Source: Candidatus Aenigmatarchaeota archaeon | GTDB taxonomy: Archaea; Aenigmatarchaeota; Aenigmatarchaeia; CG10238-14; SCSR01 | Length of the DNA: 64,000 nucleotides | NCBI GenBank assembly: GCA_018304615.1 | Contig: JAGVVV010000010.1 | Coordinates: 26,000 to 89,999 of the forward strand | Reading direction: 5' to 3' | In this document: piece by piece, positions 48,331 through 58,373 of the stretch | Layout of the letters: every line of letters begins with the position of its first letter | Position numbering within the stretch: the stretch's first letter is position 1 | Position numbers and translations under genes: made by a program | The notes under the pieces: generated by a model | Told to the model about the DNA's origin: nothing | The model's database searches: none | What the model saw: only the letters and a program-made list of their open reading frames with translations

Positions 48331-49365
48331 GTGGAATCTGACGAAGAAGTTCTGAATAATCTGCAAAAGTTGACTAATGTTCCAAAAGAATTGCTTGTTG
48401 AAAAAATAGAAAACAAGAGGAAGGAGATGAGAGGGCTTCTTTCGTTCGAAGGTGCAGCCCATCTTGTAGCAAAGGAGTATGGAATAAATCTTTTCAACAA
48501 GCCCGAAAAAAACTTGCAGATTAAAGATCTTGTAAGCGGGATGAAGAATTGCAATTTTGTCGGAAGAATCTTCAAAATCAGCAACACCAATGAGTTCAAA
48601 AGGAAAGACAACTCCTTGGGTAGAGTGGTCAATCTTTTCATCGGCGATACTTCAGGATTCGTCAAACTCGCCCTTTGGGACAAACAGGTGACTCTTGTGG
48701 AAGACGGAACAATAAAAATAGGAAGCCAGATAGAAATTGTGAATGCGATCGTCAAAGAAAACACATTCGGAGATTTGGAAATTTCCGTCGGAAAGTACGG
48801 CGCAATCAAAATGGCAGAAAATGTCCATCTTCCTAGTTTTGAAGAAATGAATGAAAGATTTCTTTCAGGAAAAGTCTCCCGTGTCAAGTTGAAAGATCTT
48901 TTCCCAGGATCAGTCGAGATAGCAGGGACTGTTGTCGACGTCTTCAGAGGTAATTTTATTTTCAATACATGCTCCATTTGCGGGACTAAAATGACAGATC
49001 AAGAAGGGAAACTAGTCTGCCCTTCTCACGGAGCAGTTGAATCAAACCCAGCCCTTGTTCTCAGTTTCCTAATTGATGACGGGACCGAAAATATAAGAGC
49101 TGTTTCGTTCAAACAGTCGGCTGAAAAACTTCTAGGAATAACTGCAGGCGAGCTGAAGGAGCAGGAAATCGAAGACCGAAATAAATTTATAAGCGAAAGG
49201 TTAATTGGTAAGCAGTTACTTTTAAAGGGACGTGCTAAGAGGAACAAAATTTTCGATAGAATAGAAATAATTGCCGACGAGATTTCAGAAATTAATCCTT
49301 TAGAAGAGAGTAAGAGTTTATTGGCAGAGGTGGAGGCCAAGTTAACCACCGGAGTGAGTGGCTAA
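48331..49365 (+). CDS. rpa: Replication protein A (OB folds plus Zn finger)
   Basis: GLLSFEGAAHLVA, GDTSGFVKLALW, CSIC..CPSH, DDGTENIR; upstream of radA. Confidence 0.85.
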   Translation: MESDEEVLNNLQKLTNVPKELLVEKIENKRKEMRGLLSFEGAAHLVAKEYGINLFNKPEKNLQIKDLVSGMKNCNFVGRIFKISNTNEFKRKDNSLGRVVNLFIGDTSGFVKLALWDKQVTLVEDGTIKIGSQIEIVNAIVKENTFGDLEISVGKYGAIKMAENVHLPSFEEMNERFLSGKVSRVKLKDLFPGSVEIAGTVVDVFRGNFIFNTCSICGTKMTDQEGKLVCPSHGAVESNPALVLSFLIDDGTENIRAVSFKQSAEKLLGITAGELKEQEIEDRNKFISERLIGKQLLLKGRAKRNKIFDRIEIIADEISEINPLEESKSLLAEVEAKLTTGVSG

Positions 49366-49398
49366 ACGAAATCAATAGGATAAAACAAAAGTGATTTG

Positions 49399-50346
49399 AT
49401 GGTTAAGAAAGAAATTCAGCTTGAAGACATCCCTGGGGTAGGGGAGAAGACTGCCGAGAAACTCAGAGGAGTTGGCATGTCAGATCCCATGGCTCTTGCC
49501 GTGAGTTCTCCTGGAGAGCTTGCTGCCATTGCAGAAATCGGAGTCGACACAGCTGCAAAGATCATTCATGAAGTAAGAGGGATGCTTGAGATTGGATTTG
49601 AGACTGCTGACAAGATCGCTGAACGAAGAGCGAATGTCTCCAAGATCACAACAAAATCCAAGAATCTCGACCAACTATTAGGTGGTGGAGTTGAGACTCA
49701 GGCGATCACAGAAAGTTATGGTGCTTTTGGTTCAGGGAAGACACAGATAGGTTTTCAGTTGGCTGTCAGCGTCCAGTTGGCTGCTGATAAAGGTGGTTTG
49801 GGCGGGAATTGCCTTTGGGTCGATACTGAGAACACTTTCAGGCCTGAAAGGATAATCCAAATTTCAAAGGCGATGGGCCTTGATCCAGATCAAACTTTGA
49901 AAAATATTTTTGTCGCCAGAGCTTTCAACTCAGAACATCAGATGTTTCTTGTTGACAAAGCAACCGACATGATCGAACAAAACAATATCAAACTGATTGT
50001 TGTCGATTCTCTCACCTCTCATTTCAGAGCTGATTTTGTTGGTAGAGGAGAATTAGCATCTAGACAGCAGAAGATGAACAAACATCTCCATGCACTTCAG
50101 AGATTGGCAGATGCGCACAATCTCGCTATCTATATCACCAATCAAGTCATGTCAGATCCGGCGATGTTATTTGGAGATCCTACGAGGCCAGTTGGTGGAC
50201 ATGTGTTAGCTCACCAAGCTACTTATCGTATGTATCTAAGAAGAGGGAGAGAGAACACCAGAATTGCGAGACTGGTTGACTCGCCAGGTCTTCCTGAAGG
50301 TGAGGCAGTCTTCAAGGTTTCTGAAGGCGGAGTCATAGATCCTTAA
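49399..50346 (+). CDS. radA: DNA repair and recombination protein RadA
   Basis: [38 protein letters not shown]; no intein. Confidence 0.97.
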   Translation: MVKKEIQLEDIPGVGEKTAEKLRGVGMSDPMALAVSSPGELAAIAEIGVDTAAKIIHEVRGMLEIGFETADKIAERRANVSKITTKSKNLDQLLGGGVETQAITESYGAFGSGKTQIGFQLAVSVQLAADKGGLGGNCLWVDTENTFRPERIIQISKAMGLDPDQTLKNIFVARAFNSEHQMFLVDKATDMIEQNNIKLIVVDSLTSHFRADFVGRGELASRQQKMNKHLHALQRLADAHNLAIYITNQVMSDPAMLFGDPTRPVGGHVLAHQATYRMYLRRGRENTRIARLVDSPGLPEGEAVFKVSEGGVIDP

Positions 50347-50351
50347 TTCAG

Positions 50352-50991
50352 TTAAATCTTAAATAATTAGTTGAAAATTCATTAAATCTTTTCATTAATA
50401 AACTTTGATTATAATAATAAAATTATGCAAAAAACTTTATCCAAGATAGAAGTTTACGTACAACATTGCAGACCATCTGTAAGTGATACTGTTTATATAG
50501 TGGCTCAAGAATTAGGTTATGTTTTCATGATACATACAATGAATGACGGTCAAAAGTATTCGCAAGTCACGCCACTTAAAATTGACAATTCCGCTGGTAT
50601 AGATACGCTACGTTGGGCTAGAAAAGGAAGTCCAGGACACTATTGGTTCTTACCAACAGTTGGAAATATGTTGAACAGTAGATTGTTTACCAAACATAAA
50701 AAAGTTGAGGTGCCACCTGAATTATTGGATAAGTTTTTAGAGAATTTCGATTTACCACATCTAATTAAAGATGATGGAAATCCTGGAAACAACTTGGTAA
50801 TCACTGGTATAGATGTTTATGATACAACTCGTGATTTTGTTGAGGAATTAAGACAGCATGATTTGTTCTAAAATTATTGACTGAATATTCAAAGTTTATT
50901 AACCTATTAATAGGAAAAACTTTTAATTATTTTTTGTAATAAAATATTGCTTAATCAAAATTTTAATGGAATTCCAATTAAATCTTAAATA
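50352..50991. repeat. 14-bp direct repeats and 14-bp inverted repeats bracketing an orphan ORF
   Basis: TTAAATCTTAAATA at 50352-50365 and 50978-50991; TTAATAAACTTTGA at 50395-50408 vs TCAAAGTTTATTAA at 50889-50902. Confidence 0.7.
50425..50871 (+). CDS. Orphan hypothetical protein
   Basis: 148-aa ORF with ATG; AT-rich flanks; no recognised motif. Confidence 0.65.
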   Translation: MQKTLSKIEVYVQHCRPSVSDTVYIVAQELGYVFMIHTMNDGQKYSQVTPLKIDNSAGIDTLRWARKGSPGHYWFLPTVGNMLNSRLFTKHKKVEVPPELLDKFLENFDLPHLIKDDGNPGNNLVITGIDVYDTTRDFVEELRQHDLF

Positions 50992-51000
50992 TTTAATATC

Positions 51001-51543
51001 TCAACTTGCAAATTTCAGGATGCTCGTTCCCAAATAAAGAAACAATGAAACATTGAACATCCCATTTACAATTGCATACGGAAGATATTTGAAAAAATAA
51101 GCATTATTGAAAATGAACGTCAGGACTATGTTTATTCCAACAATTGCAACAGACAAATATATTCCCAGATTCACAAATCCTACCGCCTTCATTGTCCCAG
51201 CCAAGAATCCTATGGCAATATATTCAGGTATAGTCCAAACCAGATATGTTGACATCCCATATCTTCCTATCAGTAGATGAAGAATCAAAAGAATCAGTCC
51301 GACTGTCATTCCAGTTCCAGGTCCCCAAACAAATCCAACTAAAATTGTCGTGAAAGTAACAAGTTCTATTCCTATATGCTTCAGCGGTGGCATGAAAAGT
51401 ATTGCAAAAGCAAGTCCTATAGTCGCAATCATCATGAAGAAAACAAACACAGCTTTGGAGAATATAAGTCCAATCACGAGAAAAGGAATTATCACAAGCA
51501 GAAGCTGGAATACCCTCGACCTGTTCAATTTCTTAAGTTCCAT
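51001..51543 (-). CDS. Membrane protein, ECF S-component-like
   Basis: About 6 TM segments; IELVTFTTILVGFVWGPGTGMTVG. Confidence 0.6.
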   Translation of the reverse strand: MELKKLNRSRVFQLLLVIIPFLVIGLIFSKAVFVFFMMIATIGLAFAILFMPPLKHIGIELVTFTTILVGFVWGPGTGMTVGLILLILHLLIGRYGMSTYLVWTIPEYIAIGFLAGTMKAVGFVNLGIYLSVAIVGINIVLTFIFNNAYFFKYLPYAIVNGMFNVSLFLYLGTSILKFAS

Positions 51544-51558
51544 ACAGAATAATTATTT

Positions 51559-52194
51559 ATGCAAATTATATATCGAGGTGCAGAGGCAGTCATTTATCTT
51601 GACAATTACGACAACCAGAAAGTCCTGGTCAAGGAAAGGATTAAAAAAAATTACAGATTGGACGAGATTGACACAAAAATAAGGAAATTCAGGCTGAGGA
51701 AAGAGGTCAGACTCCTCACAGAGGCGAGAAAGAACGGAGTCCCAACCCCGAAGATATTTGAGACTGATGAAGTTTCGAACAAAATAATCATGGAATATGT
51801 CGAAGGAACTAGAATAAAGGATTTACTGAATTCCGCTGACGAGAAGACAGTAACAAACATTTGTAATCAGATAGGCAGACTGATCGGAAAACTACATTCA
51901 GCCGGAATCATCCACGGGGACCTCACAACTTCAAACATGATCCTGAAAGACAATGATATATACTTTATAGACTTCGGCCTAGGAGAATTTTCCAGAAGAA
52001 TAGAAGACCAAGGTGTTGATATGAATCTTTTGAAGGAGGCCATCCAATCCACACATTTCAATATTTTAAAGACATGTTGGAATAATCTTCTTAAAGGTTA
52101 CAGGCAAGAATATAAGAACTCCGAACAAGTAATTAAGAAGGTTGATGAGATTGAAAATAGGGCTAGGTATGTTAAAAGGAAAGAGCAGGTATGA
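51559..52194 (+). CDS. bud32: KEOPS kinase Bud32
   Basis: RGAEA, GVPTP, IIHGDLTTSN, IDFGL. Confidence 0.94.
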   Translation: MQIIYRGAEAVIYLDNYDNQKVLVKERIKKNYRLDEIDTKIRKFRLRKEVRLLTEARKNGVPTPKIFETDEVSNKIIMEYVEGTRIKDLLNSADEKTVTNICNQIGRLIGKLHSAGIIHGDLTTSNMILKDNDIYFIDFGLGEFSRRIEDQGVDMNLLKEAIQSTHFNILKTCWNNLLKGYRQEYKNSEQVIKKVDEIENRARYVKRKEQV

Positions 52195-52384
52195 GACTCT
52201 TGAGAACTATCTAATCTCTTTGATAGTCCTGGGTGCTGTTCTTTTCGGTGCTGGCATAGGCTTGTCAGCTATCAACTCCACAGGTATCTCTACAATCACG
52301 GCCATGCTCGGTATTTTCGTCAGTTTCATCTTCACAGTAGCTTTGGTATTCGTCTGGGTCGCCAAAGACATATTCGGACATTGA
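52169..52384 (+). CDS. Small 2-TM protein (start uncertain)
   Basis: Two hydrophobic helices; fills the gap between bud32 and uS15. Confidence 0.6.
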   Translation: MLKGKSRYETLENYLISLIVLGAVLFGAGIGLSAINSTGISTITAMLGIFVSFIFTVALVFVWVAKDIFGH

Positions 52385-52393
52385 GGTCTTTGC

Positions 52394-52855
52394 ATGGCTC
52401 GAATTTACAGTCGTAAAAAAGGAAAGAGCGGGAGTCACAGACCTCCTGTCAAAATCGTTCCAAGATGGATGAGATTCAAGAAGAATGACGTCGAAGAACT
52501 TGTGGTTAATCTAGCAAAAGAAAAGCACAATTCTGCAGTTATCGGAACAATTCTTAGAGACCAGTACGGAATCCCTGACGTCAAACTGGTCACTGGCAGG
52601 GGCGTCACAAAAATAATGAGAGAAAACAAACTCTACCCGCACATGCCCGAAGACATGCTTAACATGCTCAGGCAGGCAGTCGAGCTCCGCGCACACTTGG
52701 GAAGAAACAAGGGAGATACAAATTCAATCAAGGCCCTTTCGCATTTGGAATCAAAGATAAGAAGAGTCGGGAAATACTACTCTCGCGAGGGAGTAATCGA
52801 AAAAGAGTGGAAGTACGATCCTGAGAAGGCCAAGCTCATAATCCAACAGAAGTGA
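52394..52855 (+). CDS. rps15: 30S ribosomal protein uS15 (S15P/S13e)
   Basis: MARIYSRKKGKSGS, IGTILRDQYG, ESKIRR. Confidence 0.96.
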   Translation: MARIYSRKKGKSGSHRPPVKIVPRWMRFKKNDVEELVVNLAKEKHNSAVIGTILRDQYGIPDVKLVTGRGVTKIMRENKLYPHMPEDMLNMLRQAVELRAHLGRNKGDTNSIKALSHLESKIRRVGKYYSREGVIEKEWKYDPEKAKLIIQQK

Positions 52856-52859
52856 TCCC

Positions 52860-53420
52860 ATGCCTGCAAAAAAAGCAAAAGCAAAAGAATGGTATTCAAT
52901 CATCGCTCCAAAAATGTTTGACGAGAGAGAAATAGGAAAGACGATGGTTTCAGATCCTGACAATCTTGTCGGCAGAAAGGTCAACCTCAGTATGTTGGAA
53001 TTGACGAACGATTTTTCTAAATACTACATGAAGATCAGTTTCCAGATAGACAAGGTCGACGAGAAGAAAGCTTACACCACTTTTACCGGAACAGAGGTCA
53101 TGCGAGATTACATTTCTAGACTGATCTTGAGGAGGGTAAGAAGGATTGACAACGTTGAAAATGTCACAACCAAAGACGGTTCCAAAGTGATTGTGAAGAC
53201 CGTCGCTGTTGCTCCAAGAAGAATCAAGTCAAGCATACAAAAGGTCATCAGGGTAGAAATAAAATCGATGATAAAGGATGAAGTAGAAAAACTTTCCTTG
53301 GAAGAGTTCGTCCAAGACATTCTCTCTGACATATTAAAAAATAAAATACTCAGACACATCAGAAGGATTTATCCGGTCAGAGCATTTGAAATCAGAAAAG
53401 TCGAAGCCGTTAAGAAATAA
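52860..53420 (+). CDS. rps3ae: 30S ribosomal protein eS1 (S3Ae)
   Basis: KEWYSIIAPKMF, TKDG, IYPVRAFEIRK. Confidence 0.93.
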   Translation: MPAKKAKAKEWYSIIAPKMFDEREIGKTMVSDPDNLVGRKVNLSMLELTNDFSKYYMKISFQIDKVDEKKAYTTFTGTEVMRDYISRLILRRVRRIDNVENVTTKDGSKVIVKTVAVAPRRIKSSIQKVIRVEIKSMIKDEVEKLSLEEFVQDILSDILKNKILRHIRRIYPVRAFEIRKVEAVKK

Positions 53421-54564
53421 AGAACGGAACGACAATATTCACCAGGAATATCCCAACTGCTATCATGGTTATCAAAACTGTTATCGCCATCGCATATTTC
53501 TTGCTCACTTTGTCCGCAAGAGCTCTTACCATCAAACCACCATCCAGAGGATATATCGGAGCCAGATTGACTATGGCAATGGTGTAGTTCAAAATCCACA
53601 TCCATGTCAGCAAGTTCAGGAGGTCATACAAGACCTGCTTGTTTCCGTTTACAACAGGCTCGTAAGTTATCCCTAAATAAGCTCTTGAAGTGTTTGTAGG
53701 ACTTGCAGCCGTCTTTACACTAAACGACTGGGTATCAGTCTGCAATGTCACAGTGTCTCCCGGTTTCAACTCTTCAAAATATTTTGCAAGATAACGCTGC
53801 TTTGACAGGTATTCTGAATATGAAACCTTCACAGGCGTTTGGTCTATTTTACTTATCACCATCCCGTTCGCAAGTCCTGCCAATGCTGCCGGACTGGTAG
53901 AATTCACGTCAGTCAGAACGACACCGCCAGGAACAAATGCCGGCCATATGACATCTGAGACAAGAGTCAGAATCAACAAGTATACAACGAAATTTGAAAA
54001 CCCTCCAGCTGCAAAAATCCTCAACTTGGCAAGAAGGCCAATTTTTTTCAACTGTTTCTCGTCAGGCTCTACGAATGCCCCAGGGAAAATAGCAAAAAGA
54101 GCAAGCCCCATAGACTTGACCCTAATTTTTTCCACTCTGGCGAGAATCCCATGCATGAACTCATGCGGAATAATCACCGAAGCGATAATTATTATCCAAG
54201 ACCAGAAAGGAATGAGGATGAATCCCGATCCAGACACTTGCTGCGATGTCGGTGATGGGAAAACGAAATTCAGGCCAGGCTGCTTGACTATTCCTGTGAG
54301 AATGAGCTTCCCATATTCAGTGAGGACATACATCCCACTTATCATGAGATAGAACGCCACTAGTATCCCAATCGTTCCTGCGACTTTCCAGAATAGTCTC
54401 GGCGACGCGACCTTGTCTAGAATCTTCAATCCTCTCTTCGTTTTCCTCAAAAAGAATATGTAGGCCTTCACTTCCACGTTCTTCCTGTCCCTATAAAGCG
54501 CGACAGCAATAAGGCCGAAGAAAACCAAAACCGATACTGTATAAACATCAACCAATAAAATCAC
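53410..54564 (-). CDS. Site-2 protease (M50) with PDZ domain
   Basis: HEFMH, GAFVEPDE, NLAPIYPLDGG. Confidence 0.93.
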   Translation of the reverse strand: MILLVDVYTVSVLVFFGLIAVALYRDRKNVEVKAYIFFLRKTKRGLKILDKVASPRLFWKVAGTIGILVAFYLMISGMYVLTEYGKLILTGIVKQPGLNFVFPSPTSQQVSGSGFILIPFWSWIIIIASVIIPHEFMHGILARVEKIRVKSMGLALFAIFPGAFVEPDEKQLKKIGLLAKLRIFAAGGFSNFVVYLLILTLVSDVIWPAFVPGGVVLTDVNSTSPAALAGLANGMVISKIDQTPVKVSYSEYLSKQRYLAKYFEELKPGDTVTLQTDTQSFSVKTAASPTNTSRAYLGITYEPVVNGNKQVLYDLLNLLTWMWILNYTIAIVNLAPIYPLDGGLMVRALADKVSKKYAMAITVLITMIAVGIFLVNIVVPFFIS

Positions 54565-54784
54565 TTTTTATCATTTATGTTTATCAACCATTTAAATGTA
54601 ACCACAGCCATTTCATTAATACTACTTTTTGCTCAAATAAAATCATCGTAACCATGCAGTAGTCCTTCTCAAACGATATATATTTTCTACCACAGAAAAG
54701 GAGTATTATAAAGTTATACTAAAATTTCTTTCTACTGCATAGCAATCGAGTGTGGTTTGGAGCTGAAATTGATGGATTTATCTT

Positions 54785-57700
54785 TTGTCTATAGAATATA
54801 GAAGGAGGATTTTTCTGGCTGACGAAATAAAAAACGATTCCCTCGCTGAAGAGCTGCTGAAAGAGACAAGAGGATTGAAGATTCCTAGATTTTTCACGAA
54901 ACCGGGAGTAAATCCACTAGATCAAATAGAATATGAACTTCGGTCATCTGTCATCAGAAACACAGACGGGTCAATAGTCTTTCAAATGAACAACGTGGAA
55001 GTTCCTAAATTCTGGTCGCAAGTAGCCACAGACATCCTCGCGCAAAAATATTTGAGGAAAGCAGGCGTCCCTCAACTTGATTCTTATGGGAGACCGATAA
55101 TCGACATGAACGGGAATCATGTTCTAGGTTCCGAAACCAGCGTGAAGCAAGCAGTTCACAGGCTCGGAGGCTGCTGGACTTTTTGGGGGAAAAAAGCAAA
55201 AATGTTTGCCACTGAAGAAGACGCACAGTCTTTCTATGACGAATTGGTTTTCATGCTTGTTAATCAGTTCGCATCTCCGAACTCTCCACAGTGGTTCAAT
55301 ACAGGCCTGAACTTCGCTTATGGAATCACTGGCCCCCCTCAAGGGCATTGGTATGTTGATTTTGAAACAGGAGAGCTCTTGAAATCCAAAGACGCTTATT
55401 CCCACCCACAAGTCCACGCTTGCTACATTCAACCAATCAAGGACGATCTCGTGAATGAAGGAGGGATAATGGACCTTTGGTTGAGGGAAGCCAGAATTTT
55501 CAAATATGGTTCAGGAACTGGCACTAATTTCTCAAACCTCAGAGGAAAGGGAGAACCTCTATCAGGAGGTGGAAAATCTTCAGGGCTGATGTCCTTCCTG
55601 AAAATCGGAGACAGGGCTGCCGGCGCAATAAAATCCGGCGGGACAACGAGAAGGGCGGCGAAGATGGTTCTTTTGAACATAGATCATCCAGACATTGAAG
55701 AATTCATAAACTGGAAAGTCGAGGAAGAGAAAAAAGTCGCGGCTATGATTGCAGCCGGCTACCCTTCTGATTACGAGGGAGACGCTTACCTGACCGTCTC
55801 AGGCCAGAATTCGAACAATTCGGCGAGGGTTCCTAACAGATTCATGAAAGCTCTTCTGGAAGACGGGACTTGGGACTTGCATTGGAGGACTGACGGTAGA
55901 ATTAGCAAGACCTTGAAAGCAAAAGATTTGTGGAATCAGATTTGCAACGCAGCCTGGGCATGCGCAGATCCAGGCCTCCAGTTCGACACTACGATAAACG
56001 AATGGCACACATGCCCCGAATCAGGAAGAATTAACGCGAGCAACCCATGCAGCGAATACATGTTCTTGGACAGCACAGCATGCAACCTTGCTTCGTTGAA
56101 TCTGATAAAATTCTTCGACAAAGAGACGTCAACATTCGACGTTGAGGCATTCAAACATGCAGTAAGACTTTGGACAATTGTTTTGGAGATCAGTGTGGTA
56201 ATGGCGCAGCAACCTTCTAAAGAAATTGCCGATCTCACTTATCAGTTTAGGACTCTCGGCCTCGGTTACACCAACTTAGGATCCATACTTATGATATCAG
56301 GAATTCCTTACGACAGCAACGAAGCACGTGCAATCGGAGCTGCAATCACTGCTATCATGACAGGCGAATCTTATGCAACTTCTGCCGAGATGGCAAATAA
56401 TTTCGGCCCATTTCCCCAATTCCAGAAAAACAGGGAGCACATGCTCAGAGTCATCAGAAATCACAGAAGAGCTGCATACAATGCAAAACCAGAGGAGTAT
56501 GAGAACATTGAGGTCATTCCAGTCGGGATTGATTCGAAAGTCTGTCCGCAATATTTATTGAATGCAGCAGTCGAATGCTGGGACAGGGCTCTTGCTTTTG
56601 GGGAAAAATTCGGTTATAGAAATGCCCAGGCAACGCTGATTGCCCCGACAGGCACAATCGCATTGCTTATGGATTGCGACACGACCGGAATTGAACCAGA
56701 TTTTGCTCTGGTCAAGTTCAAGAAACTTGCAGGAGGCGGCTATTTCAAAATTGTCAACCAATCTGTGACATATTCGCTGAAGAACCTTGGCTACACTGAG
56801 GATGAGATTAGAGATATCATCAAGTACATGAGCGGTTCGAACACTCTCAGAGGAGCTCCGCACGTCAACATGATGTCATTGAAAGAAAAGGGATTCACAG
56901 ACGAAGACCTGAGAAAGATCGAGAAAATCTTACCAAGCGTGTTTGAGATAAATTCTGCTTTCAACGTTTGGACTCTTGGAAAAGAGAGCATGGAGGCCCT
57001 CGGCTTCAAACCAGAAGAATACAATTCTCCGAATTTCAATTTACTCAGATCTCTAGGTTTCAAAGAGAATGAAATTGAAGAGGCTAACGACTACATCTGC
57101 GGAACTATGATAATTGAGGATGCACCACACTTGAAAGAACAACATTATTCTATTTTTGACTGCGCAAACAAGTGCGGAAAGAAAGGCAAGAGATTCATCC
57201 ATCACATGGCGCATGTAAAAATAATGGCGGTCGTGCAGCCTTTCTTGAGCGGGTCTATCAGCAAGACAATAAACATGCCAAACGAGATTACTGTGGAAGA
57301 AATAAATCAGGCATATTTAGAGAGTTGGAAGCTGGCCCTGAAATCAATCGCACTCTACAGAGACGGTTCGAAATTATCACAGCCGCTTGCTGCAAGAACT
57401 CTGGAGAAAGCGAAAGAAGTGGCGGTAGAATACAAACCGATGAGAAGAAAACTTCCAGACGAGAGAAAAGCAATCACCCACAAGTTCCAGATTGCAAACC
57501 AGGAAGGCTACATCACAGTCGGGCTTTATGACGACGGTTCGCCTGGGGAACTCTTTATCGTAATGAACAAGGAAGGAAGCATTGTCTCTGGAACAATGGA
57601 TTCTTTTGCAACAGCAGTTTCTATCGGTCTCCAGTACGGAGTCCCGTTGAGAGTATTGGTTGACAAGTTCACACACACAAGGTTCGAGCCTTCAGGAGTG

Positions 57701-58042
57701 ACAAACAACCCTGAGATAAGAATGGCAAGATCCATCATGGACTACATCTTCCGCTGGCTTGCAATGAAATTCCTGCCAGAGGAAGATTTGGAAACACTTG
57801 GAATCAAAAATTCTTCTAACGGCAATGGCCATTCTCTACCAAGAGAACTTCCCAAGCAACAGCCCGACCAGACAACTTTTACAATCGCCAAATTCATAGA
57901 GCCTAAAAAAGAATCCAAGTCATCTTTTGGTTTTGATATCCAAGCAGATGCGCCGCCATGCCACATTTGCGGTTCCCTGATGATAAGAAGCGGTTCCTGC
58001 TACGTGTGCCTAAACTGCGGAGCTAACAGTGGTTGCGCCTAA
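54785..58042 (+). CDS. nrdJ: Class II (adenosylcobalamin) ribonucleotide reductase with TSCPD domain and C-terminal Zn ribbon; start may be CTG 54815
   Basis: PNSPQWFN, HACYI, GGTTRRAAKM, ASNPCSEY, ACNLAS, APTGT, SKTINMP, C-terminal CHIC..CLNC..GC. Confidence 0.95.
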   Translation: MSIEYRRRIFLADEIKNDSLAEELLKETRGLKIPRFFTKPGVNPLDQIEYELRSSVIRNTDGSIVFQMNNVEVPKFWSQVATDILAQKYLRKAGVPQLDSYGRPIIDMNGNHVLGSETSVKQAVHRLGGCWTFWGKKAKMFATEEDAQSFYDELVFMLVNQFASPNSPQWFNTGLNFAYGITGPPQGHWYVDFETGELLKSKDAYSHPQVHACYIQPIKDDLVNEGGIMDLWLREARIFKYGSGTGTNFSNLRGKGEPLSGGGKSSGLMSFLKIGDRAAGAIKSGGTTRRAAKMVLLNIDHPDIEEFINWKVEEEKKVAAMIAAGYPSDYEGDAYLTVSGQNSNNSARVPNRFMKALLEDGTWDLHWRTDGRISKTLKAKDLWNQICNAAWACADPGLQFDTTINEWHTCPESGRINASNPCSEYMFLDSTACNLASLNLIKFFDKETSTFDVEAFKHAVRLWTIVLEISVVMAQQPSKEIADLTYQFRTLGLGYTNLGSILMISGIPYDSNEARAIGAAITAIMTGESYATSAEMANNFGPFPQFQKNREHMLRVIRNHRRAAYNAKPEEYENIEVIPVGIDSKVCPQYLLNAAVECWDRALAFGEKFGYRNAQATLIAPTGTIALLMDCDTTGIEPDFALVKFKKLAGGGYFKIVNQSVTYSLKNLGYTEDEIRDIIKYMSGSNTLRGAPHVNMMSLKEKGFTDEDLRKIEKILPSVFEINSAFNVWTLGKESMEALGFKPEEYNSPNFNLLRSLGFKENEIEEANDYICGTMIIEDAPHLKEQHYSIFDCANKCGKKGKRFIHHMAHVKIMAVVQPFLSGSISKTINMPNEITVEEINQAYLESWKLALKSIALYRDGSKLSQPLAARTLEKAKEVAVEYKPMRRKLPDERKAITHKFQIANQEGYITVGLYDDGSPGELFIVMNKEGSIVSGTMDSFATAVSIGLQYGVPLRVLVDKFTHTRFEPSGVTNNPEIRMARSIMDYIFRWLAMKFLPEEDLETLGIKNSSNGNGHSLPRELPKQQPDQTTFTIAKFIEPKKESKSSFGFDIQADAPPCHICGSLMIRSGSCYVCLNCGANSGCA

Positions 58043-58338
58043 ACATGGAACAGCCATCTGATGAATGTGTAGATTCCCTTTCCTATGAATATCCATCCAA
58101 TGGTTGGGAAGAAAACAAAAGATATTTTAAAACTGATTAGAAGAAGAACTATTCCACCTATTAGATCTATCGCGCCCATCCAATCGAAGAAATATCCCGA
58201 GAACAGACTTCCAAAAAGAGAGAAACCGCCTTTTATCATATGCGCATAGGCAAGATAAGCAACAAGAACTGCAAAATTCTTGTCGAGAACAGCAAGTCCG
58301 CCAAGTATGTCCATGAGAGCGAAAAAGAGAATTATCAT
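58039..58338 (-). CDS. Small membrane protein with an internal repeat
   Basis: Repeated pattern MDILGG..IKG / IDLIGG..GKG. Confidence 0.65.
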   Translation of the reverse strand: MIILFFALMDILGGLAVLDKNFAVLVAYLAYAHMIKGGFSLFGSLFSGYFFDWMGAIDLIGGIVLLLISFKISFVFFPTIGWIFIGKGIYTFIRWLFHV

Positions 58339-58373
58339 GTTCTGTATCTTGAAATCAATCTATTTATGATTAA

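Noticed and set aside
48312..48977. Long antisense ORFs (221 aa opposite RPA; also 58553-59197, 11147-11683, 35432-35938)
   Set aside because: Shadows of well-supported genes on the other strand, with Ser/Phe/Ile-rich composition and no motifs
15609..58042. Inteins in PolB, RadA or NrdJ
   Set aside because: Lengths and motif spacing are normal; no intein splice motifs at the usual sites
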